Below, piece after piece: positions 36,682 to 50,400 of a stretch of 64,000 nt of DNA; within the stretch, counting starts at the first letter, position 1, and the number at the start of each line of letters is the position of its first letter. This stretch comes from Welwitschia mirabilis (taxonomy: Eukaryota). The translations under genes were made by a program, and so were the position numbers. The stretch spans positions 36,449,334-36,513,333 of the forward strand of contig JBOZIK010000001.1 of NCBI GenBank assembly GCA_051453625.1, read 5' to 3'. A model generated the notes under the pieces. That model was not told the DNA's origin. It saw only the letters and a program-made list of their open reading frames with translations, and made no database searches.

Positions 36682-38083
36682 TGTAAGGAGATATTTTAAA
36701 ATGCTACTTGTGATTATCTCTTTACCCTTTTTTATCTTTATCTTTCCTTATCTTCATTTTGATTATTATCCTCTATTTTTAATGTGATACAATTTCGCAC
36801 TTGTACTCATGAAACTTGCCCATGCTTTCACTAAGAATATTCAACCATGCATGAAAGAAGTAGTAGAACGTGCATAGCCATACATACAAGTTTGGAATTA
36901 ATAATTTCAATACCCAATCAATGTNNNNNNNNNNNNNNNNNNNNNNNNNNNNNNNNNNNNNNNNNNNNNNNNNNNNNNNNNNNNNNNNNNNNNNNNNNNN
37001 NNNNNNNNNNNNNNNNNNNNNNNNNNNNNNNNNNNNNNNNNNNNNNNNNNNNNNNNNNNNNNNNNNNNNNNNNNNNNNNNNNNNNNNNNNNNNNNNNNNN
37101 NNNNNNNNNNNNNNNNNNNNNNNNNNNNNNNNNNNNNNNNNNNNNNNNNNNNNNNNNNNNNNNNNNNNNNNNNNNNNNNNNNNNNNNNNNNNNNNNNNNN
37201 NNNNNNNNNNNNNNNNNNNNNNNNNNNNNNNNNNNNNNNNNNNNNNNNNNNNNNNNNNNNNNNNNNNNNNNNNNNNNNNNNNNNNNNNNNNNNNNNNNNN
37301 NNNNNNNNNNNNNNNNNNNNNNNNNNNNNNNNNNNNNNNNNNNNNNNNNNNNNNNNNNNNNNNNNNNNNNNNNNNNNNNNNNNNNNNNNNNNNNNNNNNN
37401 NNNNNNNNNNNNNNNNNNNNNNNNNNNNNNNNNNNNNNNNNNNNNNNNNNNNNNNNNNNNNNNNNNNNNNNNNNNNNNNNNNNNNNNNNNNNNNNNNNNN
37501 NNNNNNNNNNNNNNNNNNNNNNNNNNNNNNNNNNNNNNNNNNNNNNNNNNNNNNNNNNNNNNNNNNNNNNNNNNNNNNNNNNNNNNNNNNNNNNNNNNNN
37601 NNNNNNNNNNNNNNNNNNNNNNNNNNNNNNNNNNNNNNNNNNNNNNNNNNNNNNNNNNNNNNNNNNNNNNNNNNNNNNNNNNNNNNNNNNNNNNNNNNNN
37701 NNNNNNNNNNNNNNNNNNNNNNNNNNNNNNNNNNNNNNNNNNNNNNNNNNNNNNNNNNNNNNNNNNNNNNNNNNNNNNNNNNNNNNNNNNNNNNNNNNNN
37801 NNNNNNNNNNNNNNNNNNNNNNNNNNNNNNNNNNNNNNNNNNNNNNNNNNNNNNNNNNNNNNNNNNNNNNNNNNNNNNNNNNNNNNNNNNNNNNNNNNNN
37901 NNNNNNNNNNNNNNNNNNNATAAAACTACTAAATTTGTTAGATCAGTTAGGAACTTTTATCAAATTTTAGAAGGATTTTAAAGTCATTTGATTTAGCACT
38001 TGTTTTGTCTTGAACTTATCTCAATTCTAAAAATGAGAAAATTAAAAATCAATTTAATCATTGCAAAAAGAAATTTAGCAATA
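36682..38083 (+). mobile_element. Solo LTR (mostly gap) inserted in the middle LTR
   Basis: TGTAAGGAG start and AGCAATA end (decayed CA). TSD CTAAT at 36677-36681 and 38084-38088. Absent from the paralogous LTR (single CTAAT near 8890). Confidence 0.8.
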
Positions 38084-39339
38084 CTAATCTTATATTTTAT
38101 GTGCATAACTAGTTACATAAATTAACAAAGTACTTTGTTGCTCTAAGAACTGATCTTAACGAGTCTTGTACAAGCATTAATTTCTATAATATTTTTAGTG
38201 ACTTGAATAATAAAGATAAATAAAAACTTGATTCTTCAAAGTAAAATAGGTCCTTTAAAGCCTCCCCTTAAACAAATATATTTATGATAGCTTTGTGAGA
38301 TTAAGGTTATAACAACCACATTATTAGGCACTTTTATTTAGATTTACTACATAAATCCACATAAATAGTTTTAGTCTTAGGACTCATCAAGGGGTTAATC
38401 CCCTCATATCTGAGACTAGTCTCAAATTTTCTAGGTTTTTATTACATTTCTTGATTCTTTAGGACAACTAAATATGAAAAATGATTTTAATCTGAATTCT
38501 GCATAACCATCTTGAATTTGGATTTATTTGGATTCAAGTTTAATCCAAATTTATTTATTTTGGATTTAACATTTAAAATTTGGACTTTTAATCCAAATAT
38601 GTTTAAGCTAGATTTTTGGTTATAAATACAACTTTAATCTAAATTTTTGGATATTTATGGAAATTTGGATTTATGGGTGAAAATTTGAATTTCTAATTGG
38701 AATTTGGATTTCAAGATGGAAATTTGGATTAAGGGGTAAGGATTTGGATTTGAGATTTTTGATTTAAATTTCCATATTTAGAAGTCAAATTTTTTAGTAT
38801 TAATTTTCCCTCTTTTATGATGGAAAGCAAGGGTTTACATTATAAAATAAGTTTTCTTTTTATTAGAAGAGTTTAACAATAGTTTGAAAGAGAGATGACT
38901 CCACTAGAATGCCTTTGACATGTTCTTCCTGATTGCCTATTAGAATAGTAAGGCTATCTTTCTGTAATTCTAAAATTTCTAATCTTTATGATGTAACATA
39001 TCCCATGACTGATCTGGTGGCCTATCCCTAAGAACTTTGAAGAAATATGAAAGGATAAAATGGGTGGTGCGGGAAACTAGTTCAATGAACATTTTTGACT
39101 CTACATTTTTTTGTCTACTTAATGCTTTAAGTTCCACATTGAGTTGATTCTTCTTGGGTCTTGGTATAAGACTTCTTCAACCTGATCTAACACTCCATTC
39201 TTGCACTTATAAAATAGAGAATATGATAAAGTATCATGCTCTTTTATATATAATATTTTAAAAAAAAATTATTTTGATGAAAAAAGGCTAGAAATAAAGT
39301 AAGTGTTAAACAAAAAATGGAACTCAAAATGTAATATTT

Positions 39340-39971
39340 TTTTCCAATAATATTATTTCTTAAGATAATGAGCATTTAGTGGTTTTCTTTTCTCGTTTCC
39401 ATTAGGACTTTTTAATTTATATATACCTTTGTCATAATTCTTGGAAACAACAAATGGTTTCAACTAATTCAGACTAAATTTGGAGTTTTTTCCTATTAGG
39501 TTCATTTTGAGAATTAGATCATTAATTTCAAATAGTTTGGGTTTCATAGTATGGTTATTAGCTTACGAGATTTATTTTTAATAATAACTATTATCATCTA
39601 GTGACTTGAATCTTCTTTCTTATAAGAGTTAAAGTTCTTCAAGCTGTTTGGATTATTTTGCATTTGTGATTTATAGGACTTTAACCATTGTTTTTAGTAT
39701 TGGAAGTTGGATTTTAATTTTAAAATAGCTTTAGCTTCATATATGAGTTGAAATGGTGTTGATTTAATAGTAGTTTTATATCCTATTCTATAGATCCATA
39801 ATGCATATGTTAATTTCTCATGTCAATCTCTTGGATTGGTTTCAATCAACTTTTTGAGTAGCTTTATGATTATTTTGCTTCTTGATTCTACTTGTTTATT
39901 AATTTAAGGATATATTAAAGAGAAAAATGAATGTTTGACTCCAAATTTTTGTCATAAATCATCTAGCTCAC
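39340..39971 (-). pseudogene. Duplicated integrase C-terminal half
   Basis: Collinear with 10150-10797. Confidence 0.85.
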
Positions 39972-41109
39972 TGTAGAGGATATTTTAAATATTATTTTTT
40001 ATATTGTCTTTATATACTTTATCATAACTCTTTTATTTTTATGTTTTTCCATATCAATCATTTTAGCTTGACATTTCCTACTATTAAAAAGTACCTAAGC
40101 CTTTTCATAATTTAATTTTATTAAAAATATGTTATTTGAAACATTTTCTTAATTCATTTACTATACCATTTTGCCTTTTTACAAGTAGGCAAAGGAAAAA
40201 AAAGAAAGGGGGGTGGGGGCAGGGAGAAGATGGGGAAGGAAGGGTCCGAAATCATAAGAGGGCTTAATAACATTAATACATTCAAATTTTTAATGCACTT
40301 TACAATAACTTAAGAATCATATATGCCCACCCCTCAATTCAAACACATTTAAATTGGAAGAAATAGTAACTCCTTAAGTATGATGGATCTAGGTATTATT
40401 GAAACGGTTTGACTCAAGAAGATGTCCCTAGATCATGGTGTCTAGTCAGACCAACAAATAGATCACATAGGCTACAACTGGTCCTTCACCTCTTAAGTAT
40501 GAATTGAATTCATGAAAAGTGGTTAACAGAGAGGGAGCATTTCGTTAAAGTAATTTTTTGATTTCTGATTCACTTCTGCGAAGCATGTAGGAGGAGCATA
40601 ACCAAGTTTAAGGTGAATAGCAAGAAAATTATGTAGGATTACACAATTGAATAGTGGCACCATTCTATAAATGGAGTTTTAGAAGCACACTGAATAATCT
40701 ACATGTCAGAAGCGATCATCACATTAGAATGAATCCAAGGCATTTTAGAAGTGACCATTGCATTAAAACAAAGCAAGCAATCATTATATCAGACTAGAGT
40801 GAAGGCATTTCAGAAGCGAGGAATTTAATAAGTGAGGGATAAGGAATTTTAGAAGTGAAGCATTTCATAAGTAAGGACAAAGGTGTTCAGAAGTAAGGCA
40901 TTTTAGGGTAAAGGCATTTCTTGAGTAGGACGAGGCATTTCTAAGCAAGGCATTTCAGAGTGAAGCGTTAGGAAAGAAGAAAGGTGTTTTTGAGCAGATA
41001 GATGCTTTTTTTTTGTGGATGACATCTTTGAGTAGTGTAGGAATCAAAAGGGCATCTCAAGATTTGATAGATATCCATACATTCAGGAGAGCCAAAAGCC
41101 TTTAATCAA

Positions 41110-44100
41110 GAAAACCAAGAATGAGTGGAGAAAGGTGACTGAGAAAGTAAAAAATCTAGTGCATGTATTGCATAAAACAATCAAAAAAGGTGGAAGGGAT
41201 TTTTTTGACAGAAATCATTAATGTGCTTGTAGATGAAAGAGCTAATTTGAAACACATGCACCCAGTGCATGTGGAAGATCTATTCAAAAGACGTAATATT
41301 GAACATATGTTAGCTTTGAACTTCAACATGTAATAAGTTCTTGCAAATGCCTTAGGTAACTTTAAAGAACCTAATGTTAATAAGGAAAATTAGCCTTTAG
41401 CTATTGAATTAGAATTTTCTAAAGATATATTTGATAAAATTGTTAAAATTTTAAGCAACTTTATGCTATTGATTTCTTCACTAAAAAAATATCATCTGTG
41501 AACACTTTTCAGGACTATATTCATAGACAATGGGGTTTCAAAAATATCAATGTCATTCTTATCTCTAATTTGACTTAGGGTTTTTTCCTATTTGCTTTTC
41601 AAACTAAAGGAATGGCTAATTATGTTAAACAACAGCTTATTTGGAATGTCTATGATTCTTATCTTATCCTCAAACTGCGGGTGAAGAATTTTGATTCAGA
41701 AATAAAAAGTTAAGGTAATATTCCAATATGGATTGAATTTTCAGGACTCCTTCCTCATTTTGTGGCTCATGTTAATATTCTAGCATTTCATTCAAGATAA
41801 GTAATTGGTATGAAATCTTATATGGATCAATAGATCGAAACCCCGAAATCACGATGGCTAGCCAATGGATGAATGTGGTGCACTCTGTTTTATGTTGTTA
41901 TGCCCTATAGCATATGTTTCTCGGGCTAAGGCCAATATTCATATTGGAAACCATCTTTTCAAAAAGTTATGTGTTATTTTGGATTTGCATAAACCTCTTC
42001 CAGAAAGGTTCATATTCAAATCTAAAGGAAAGGAATACATATAAAAAGTAGTTTACTTAACCTTACCTGACAGATATTACTACTATAAAGAGTCCAATCA
42101 TATTAAAACCCATTGTTTTAAATTTTTAATCAAACTAGAAGAAGAGAAATGATTGGCAGAGGAAGTGGTAATTGAACTTAAAAGCAAAGATCTTTCATCT
42201 AATGCATTAACTAAGTTAACATAAAGTATTCCCAATATAGAGAAATAAGGTAGTCCAGAGAATTATGGTTTCTTCTTCATAATAAGATGAGGACTCAAAG
42301 CTTAGTATCTCTTCGCTACATGTAGAGGAATCACAGGATCAAAGGTAAATGGGGTAGAGGAAATTAATAATATTACTTCTCAAGAAAATCCTAGCCACAT
42401 GATAGGAAAAAAAAAAGACCTATGCTTTAGTTACTAAGGAGAAGCCATCACTTTTAGATGCAAGAGGAAAATTAGGTTTAACATGAAATAGCTATGTTAA
42501 AGGTTTCCCATCCTGAAAGGCAAGCAAACCTACAACAAATAGTTTTGAATTAGTTAAATCTTTTAAATGATTGGAGGTTGAGGACATTCCTCCAAATCGT
42601 TCATCATGAATTTCATATCTTGGAATGTTAGCGTCCTTTCAAACCCCTTCAGGAGATGAATAGTTTAAAATCATATATTAGCCAAAAGAGTAAATGCAAG
42701 TTTTTTGTAGGAAGTTAACATTCAAGGCTTTACCCTTGAATCCATTTATTAGAATTTTTTAGGGTAACGGCTGGTTTAATTTTACCAATCATGATAATTG
42801 TAAAGGAGAGGTAGCTCTTATTCTATACAAAAGTTGAATAAATCAAATCATAGATTTTGGTAAAGATCATAATAGAAACTACGTTTGAGTCCATATCAAC
42901 TACCTAAATGATATATTTGGATTCTTATGCATTTATTCTCCTTGTCAAGATCAAGAACATACCAATTTGTGGATGTAACTTATTCAAACCTTACCAGAGA
43001 CCGTCTAGATCATAGTTGGTGATTTAGATATGGTTGAATACTCTCATGATAAATTAGGAGGGAGAGTTGAAGGTCTAAATATTTTAGAATTAATTTAAAA
43101 ATAATTTTAATATTTAGGATGGTAATCATAACTATAGAACTTCTAGTAATTTAAAATGGTTCATTTAGAATAATGCTAGATTAGGTGCTGCTTAGATCTT
43201 TTTTCACCTTGATTGAGCTTACTTATTTATCAATAATATAGTTTATTTTTAGCAAAAAAAAGGTTTATCAATCCAAGTAGAATTATTCTTAAGTATTATT
43301 TGATCATTATTCAATCTCTTGGTCAATTCAAAGTTGCAAAATTCTTCATTTCATCAAGACCTTTTTATTTTCAACATGTTCTTTTTACGAAGTCACTCTT
43401 TGTGCAATTTCATTTTGTACTTTTGGAAGTTATCTCTAAGATTCACTAATAAGAATGATTGGATTAACTAATGGAATGATGCCTCTATTAGAGTCTAACA
43501 TCTAGTTAAGCACTTTAAAAAGCTTTGAACTAGAAACTCTTAGCATTATAACATGGAACTTCTTTCTAATATTTAGACTTACCAATTCATAGTCAACGGG
43601 GAAAATGGTATAAACTCAAATTTTTCAATTTTTTTCTCTACTAAATTCCAGTTATAACATATTGAGCATCATAAGGCTTATGGTCAACAACATTGTACCC
43701 ATCGTTTTTGAATTCGCATGAGCAATCAAGCTTCTCCTTAGTTTGTTCACTTTTTAAAAGAAAATTCTTCATCTCCTCGAATGGATACCATTTATTTGGA
43801 TAAATGCTTATTCATCACCTAGGAAGACATTCTTTTAGATTTCTACTCTCATCATTATAGCATTTTTGAGAAGGGGTCAATTTGTTTAAAAGTTTAAATC
43901 TTTATCTTAATGTGAATCCTCCATTTAACAAATCTATCTTCGGAAGCGAAAATTATTTATCCAAGGCTGAGATTATAACTGCTCTCCCATAATTAAAAGA
44001 TGGAAAATCTCTAGGTATAGATGGATTTCATATAGAATTCTTTAAACACTTCTAGTAATATATAATTGATGATGCTTATCAAGTGTACTTAGAAGCTCTT

Positions 44101-47100
44101 CATAATGGTTCCTTGGGTAAGAATTCAAATATAGGCATAGTTAAACTTATTCCTAATTCTGTTGATACTTTTCTAATTAATAATTGGAGACCAATCAATC
44201 TGTTGAATGTCCTATACAAAATTATTACAAAACCTACAACTAATAGATTAAAAAAGACATTTCTCTTAAACTTATTAGAAAGGACCAAATTGTGTTTGTG
44301 AAAAGTAGATATATTTAAGATAATGTTATTACAGTTTTGGAATGCATGAATTAGGATTCTTCTTCTTTCCACAAAGCTTTGTTGTTGAAACTAGATTTTT
44401 TCAAAGCTTATGATAGACTAGATTGGATCTATCTCTTATGCCTCATTAAGCATCATAATCTTGAGGGTGTTTTTGAAGATCATATGAGAATTCTTCTATC
44501 AAATGCAATATCCTCTATCTATATCAATGGTCAATTCTTTCCTCATATTAAGCTTAGTAGATCTATTAAATAGGGTTGCTCCTTGGCTTCTTATCTTTTT
44601 GTCATTGTAGCAGATTCTTTAGGATCCATGATTAATGTAAAGAAGTATAATTTCATTCCTATAGAAATCTTACTTTTAGATGATTCTAAAATCCTTCATA
44701 GTCAATTCGTTGATGATACCTTTCTTACTTTTAAAGGAGTATTAGCAAAATGTTTTGGCTATTTTAAAGGTGATTTCCATTGACTGTAATGCTTTTGAAT
44801 CTAAAATCAATATGGATAAAACTCAAGACATTATAAGTAATCTTTCATGCCATCCTTCTTTGTACAATAATTTTCTTTTTAAGTGGCTTTCTCTAATAGA
44901 TAAATTCTCTCGTTTAGAAATTCCCTTGGCTCTTCAAGATACTCCTAATTCTCTCTAGTAGAATGTAGTTAAAAAGGTTTAAAATAAGATCCTTAAGTGG
45001 GCTTTTAAGCCTCTTTCTCTTGTGGGAAGATTAGTGGTAATAAAACATATCCTGAGTGCATTTTCAATTTATTATGTCTTTTTCATGGCTTCTTCAAAAA
45101 ATGCTATAGATTTTATTAACAAGCACCTTCAGTGTTATATTTAAGATGATAAGGAAATCATAAAGCTTTTCATCATGTAGCCTGGAAATCTGTCTTGCAG
45201 ATGAAACTGTTGAAGGTCTTGATATATCTTCTATTACTAGATAAGGTTATCTTCTAGCTTCTAAATGGATTATTTGATCCTTCTAAGGAAATAAAGCTTG
45301 TAAAGTGCTTTTTAAACATTACTTCTCTAAAGGAAAAGTTTCATCCTTTTTCTACTAAAATACCTCTCACTGGTGTAACTAGATTACGATTAAGAAGAAA
45401 GTAAAGCTACCAGGTTCTTACTTCTTCTAGAAAATTTGGAGGAGTTGGAATAAAGTTAAAATCTATCTCACTTAGAATCCTCACTTTCTCTCTTAAAATA
45501 ATTTAAATTTACACTCTTTTGGTATTTCCGAAATTTTGAATTTAATGCCTTGCCTTTAACTAAGAACTTTAAGTCTAGAGCTAGAACCTTAGCTTAAAAT
45601 GCCCTTCTTCACATAAGACGACTATCAGTTAAGGAGTTATATCTTTTAGATGACAATCTTATAAAACCAAATGGTAGTTCCAAATGGGATATCTTCAATT
45701 TCTTAAACATGTAGAATCTAGTCTAAGCAATTTCAATGGGTTTATTGATAATGACTCTTGGACAAATAAATGGCTATGGCCAACTGGTTAAAAACTATGT
45801 TACTTTTCTATTTCAAAGGCTCACTCTTGGTTGAAAAATGAGTATGACCTTTAGATTCAAATGAATAAGAATTGAAATTTATATTGGTTATAAGATAAAT
45901 GGAAGGATGTGTTTCAGAAATTGTGGAAGTCCAAAATGCAACCAAAACTCAAAGTTTTTCTTTTGGTATCTTCTTCATAATGATCTTCCAATTAGTAAAT
46001 GAACCCATTTTAGCAGGGCTGACCCAATTCAATGCCTAATCTGTAATATGAGTGAGTCCATTTAGCATGTGTATTAGGATTATAAGATGGCTAAGCAGCT
46101 CTAGTCTTAGTTATTTAACTTATTTGTAATTTCTTTCTCCTATCCTTTTTTTAGTCTAATGCAAGATGCTTTTAGGAATCAATTTAATANNNNNNNNNNN
46201 NNNNNNNNNNNNNNNNNNNNNNNNNNNNNNNNNNNNNNNNNNNNNNNNNNNNNNNNNNNNNNNNNNNNNNNNNNNNNNNNNNNNNNNNNNNNNNNNNNNN
46301 NNNNNNNNNNNNNNNNNNNNNNNNNNNNNNNNNNNNNNNNNNNNNNNNNNNNNNNNNNNNNNNNNNNNNNNNNNNNNNNNNNNNNNNNNNNNNNNNNNNN
46401 NNNNNNNNNNNNNNNNNNNNNNNNNNNNNNNNNNNNNNNNNNNNNNNNNNNNNNNNNNNNNNNNNNNNNNNNNNNNNNNNNNNNNNNNNNNNNNNNNNNN
46501 NNNNNNNNNNNNNNNNNNNNNNNNNNNNNNNNNNNNNNNNNNNNNNNNNNNNNNNNNNNNNNNNNNNNNNNNNNNNNNNNNNNNNNNNNNNNNNNNNNNN
46601 NNNNNNNNNNNNNNNNNNNNNNNNNNNNNNNNNNNNNNNNNNNNNNNNNNNNNNNNNNNNNNNNNNNNNNNNNNNNNNNNNNNNNNNNNNNNNNNNNNNN
46701 NNNNNNNNNNNNNNNNNNNNNNNNNNNNNNNNNNNNNNNNNNNNNNNNNNNNNNNNNNNNNNNNNNNNNNNNNNNNNNNNNNNNNNNNNNNNNNNNNNNN
46801 NNNNNNNNNNNNNNNNNNNNNNNNNNNNNNNNNNNNNNNNNNNNNNNNNNNNNNNNNNNNNNNNNNNNNNNNNNNNNNNNNNNNNNNNNNNNNNNNNNNN
46901 NNNNNNNNNNNNNNNNNNNNNNNNNNNNNNNNNNNNNNNNNNNNNNNNNNNNNNNNNNNNNNNNNNNNNNNNNNNNNNNNNNNNNNNNNNNNNNNNNNNN
47001 NNNNNNNNNNNNNNNNNNNNNNNNNNNNNNNNNNNNNNNNNNNNNNNNNNNNNNNNNTTTAGTCTAATGCAAGATGCTCTTAGGAATCAATTTAATATTG

Positions 47101-47468
47101 AGTGGAAGATTTTATCGATAGAAAGCATGTCTTTCTTTAGAAGTATCATTGTTAGAACTTTTTTCAGGGGGACTAGGTTAACATATTTTCTAGAGGAGAT
47201 CAAATACATATTATTTCTTTAGTTAAGCCTTAATACAATGCTTTAAAGAAGTTATCAGATATCCTTTTATAATACTTGGTAATTTAATGTTTATTAGGGT
47301 GTAACTCCTTTAATGCTATTATCTCAAGGGTGTGATTAGCATTGTTCCCCTCTTTTCTTGTATTGGACACCTTAACAACCCCTCCTCCACCTTTTGTCAT
47401 TGATGTAACCTTTATGCATTAAGCGTAAGCTCCACTACCCCACCCTTTCTCTGACATTGATCTTCAAA
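41110..47468 (+). mobile_element. Degenerate L1-clade LINE, copy 2
   Basis: ORF2 from ATG 42606 (MNFISWNV), WIIVGD, NNWRPINLLNVLYKII, LLKLDFFKAYDRLDW, HSQFVDDTFL. Same flanks as copy 1. Confidence 0.92.
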
Positions 47469-50400
47469 CTGCTATAGAAATTCTCACCAAATAGTAGGAA
47501 TTATTTATTTTTCAAATCAAATTCAAGTTCTTGGGATATATTAGAAGCAACTTGTTAAAGTCACACGAGTCATCTAACTTCATTGATAAATGCACAAGAA
47601 CCCAAATATATTCAAGATTTGTGCAGAAATGTTAGTAATGGATGCTAGGTTTGTAGCCATGATGTTAATTCTTATAATGATTTTACTAGATGTTAATGGT
47701 CTAAAGTATGTGATCATTCTCTTCTAGCTCCTTGTTATCACCTATTAGTATCCATCCTAAAACAACATGATTAAATGAGTGCGGCGATATAAAGATAACA
47801 AGATGACAATACTCCAAACAACAATAATCATGTAACGCCAAGCAAAACTCATCAAACAACATCACATCGAAGAGTGGAGAGGAGATCACAATGGATCAAA
47901 AAATAGACACCATGCAAAAAAATGACAAATGAGAGAAAAATGTGAATAGAGAGTATTTAATAGCAGTAATAACAATGGCAATTGAAATGAAGAAGAGCTA
48001 CCACAATATCTGAAAAGTGGCCCATGAAAGAATCTTTATCAAAGCTATGGCTAATATACCATCACAATCCAATGGATCTAAAGGATAATGCCACACGAAA
48101 CTAGAAACTTAAAAATTAGCATTATGGTTTTCTCCACTATTTCTAAATAGAAAAGAATCCCAAAACACACCTGGGCCTTTCTCTGCTACTTTACTACTCT
48201 TCTGTGTGTCTTTTCTTGTAGACTCCTTGTCTAGTGACCTTGGCTGTTTTTTGTTTTCTTCACCTTTCTTATTATTATCATTGATGGAGTAGGTCTAAGA
48301 AGGACTCAGCCATAGAAAAAGGGGGACATAGAGGTAAAGATTTCTAGGAGAAATAGAAAGCATTCTAGTTGCAGAAACGTTGCAAAAGTACCAAGGGAAA
48401 AGAACATAGCGAAGTTATATCAAATGGAGAAAATAAAACACATCAGATCAGATTAAGAGGGAACAACATCAAGCCTATGTAAAAATATTTGGTAAAAGAC
48501 AACATTGAGAATAGTGATTAGTAGAGATAAAGGCCAGATCTAAAAGCATCAGGAAAGGATTGGAAATGACAAAGTTGCTAAAAATATAGGCTCCAATTCA
48601 TTTGAGAGACATTTGACTTTCCACATAATTGTGAAAATGTGTATGAATTTATGCATATTAAATATTTAAGTTTTATTTTGGGTTAAATATTATTCTTAAT
48701 GTTTGATCAATACTATTCTCTCATTTAGATAGTTTATGTCATAATAGTAATTTTTTTTCTTAAAAAAAAGAAATAAGACTTATCCTAAGGAAATATAGTC
48801 AATCATCACAATGTTGTACTTAGGCCTTAGAAAGGGATTTGGTCATGTCATTGCAATATTATTTTAATAATTTATGGGCATTATACCATGTTAAAAGGAA
48901 GTGTAAAATGTATGATATGATACTATATTTTATTTTTACTTCTTTTATAAAATCATGTTTCATGGGCCTTGAATCCACATGATCACACACTTGTACTTTT
49001 TTTTTATCAAGTATCATACCTTTTTAATCAAATATAATACTTGACATTATAAACCTATATAATGATAATTTGATTCTAGGAATAAATACATTGGAATAAA
49101 CTACATATCAATCAATAGAAATCTAAGCTATAAAGGATTTTGTNNNNNNNNNNNNNNNNNNNNNNNNNNNNNNNNNNNNNNNNNNNNNNNNNNNNNNNNN
49201 NNNNNNNNNNNNNNNNNNNNNNNNNNNNNNNNNNNNNNNNNNNNNNNNNNNNNNNNNNNNNNNNNNNNNNNNNNNNNNNNNNNNNNNNNNNNNNNNNNNN
49301 NNNNNNNNNNNNNNNNNNNNNNNNNNNNNNNNNNNNNNNNNNNNNNNNNNNNNNNNNNNNNNNNNNNNNNNNGACAGTTCTTTTAAATATGAATTTAGTA
49401 AGTTTCATTCTAGAAGCATACTATTTTGAATTTTAAGAAATGTTATATATGCATCTCTATGTTATTTTCAAAAACACACCTATAGCTCATTTTCAAATGC
49501 TTCTATATTGCTAATACTATTGTCAAAATTCATTATGAAACCAATGTTATAGAGTCTAACCAGATTCTAGAAATTTCATATAAAATACTACTTTTATTTT
49601 CAGGTGATTCGTACATTATAATTTCTGAATTATCTGCATATCCAAAATTTCAATTTTATGAGTTAAAAAAGTTCTCTATTATTGGATTAAAAAAACAAAA
49701 AAAAATTGTCATTCAATAAAATTCTTAATCAAATTAAGGATTAGAAAGAAAAATGGGCCTTTTTACTTTCAACCTCAGGATGTCACCAATTGAAATAATT
49801 ACACAACATTGATAAAAAAAGGATTTCATGCAGACTATTCAGAACCTATAAGGAAATACAACATTGCTAGAAAATCCCATAATAATTTTGCATCTATCAT
49901 AAAAGTCAATAGGTCTTTAATAAAACCAATCTGACGTTGCAAAATTCATTTTTAGTCAAACCAAGTCAATCTAGCTCAGTCAAAGTTAATCAAATTTAGT
50001 TAAACTAAAACTAGTCAAACCAAGTTAAATGAAGTCAAACTTAGTCAACAATGCCATAACAACTTATTCAAATTTGGTCAAATGATCAAATTCAGTCAAA
50101 TTCTTTCAAAATAGAGTTTGTCAAAGTTAGTGAAAGTTAGTCATCATAGTCAACCACATCAACCCCAGCCAAACTCGGTCAACCTTAATCAAACTAAGTC
50201 AAATTATCAAATTTAGCTTAAACCCAGTCAGATCACTATTAAACCACTTAAAGCACCTATCATCACATAACATTAGAACTAATCCATCATTTATGGAAAA
50301 TTAAAAAATATCGTAAATAGCTTGGTACTAAAAGAGGGCCTCTTTAGTTGGTTATCAATAATTTTTGAGGTCTTTCACATTCATCTTTTCCATTGCCTTA

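Larger units (their letters stand above)
7468..38802 (-). mobile_element. Tat/Ogre-type Ty3/gypsy LTR retrotransposon, decayed, with multiple nested insertions
   Basis: PBS at 34272-34289, PPT at 9616-9629. Domain order on the minus strand is gag, PR, RT, RH, aRH, INT. The LTR sequence 7468-9615 matches 35725-38802. Confidence 0.75.
34295..38802 (-). repeat. Middle LTR of the Tat/Ogre element (PBS on its left, PPT on its right)
   Basis: Starts next to the PBS. 35725-38802 matches 7468-9615 and is followed by the reverse PPT TTTTCCCTCTTTT. Confidence 0.6.
35725..47706 (+). repeat. Second copy of a direct segmental duplication (copy 1: 7468-17313 plus 21916-22070); continues at 58778-58865
   Basis: Collinear similarity through LTR, integrase end, CTCAC|TGTAGAG junction (39967-39978), minisatellite and LINE. 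Confidence 0.95.

Noticed and set aside
49950..50230. AGTCAAA array (and the TTTGGAT array at 9300-9600) as CRISPR-like repeats
   Set aside because: Degenerate short tandem repeats within LTRs, with no repeat-spacer structure; eukaryotic context.
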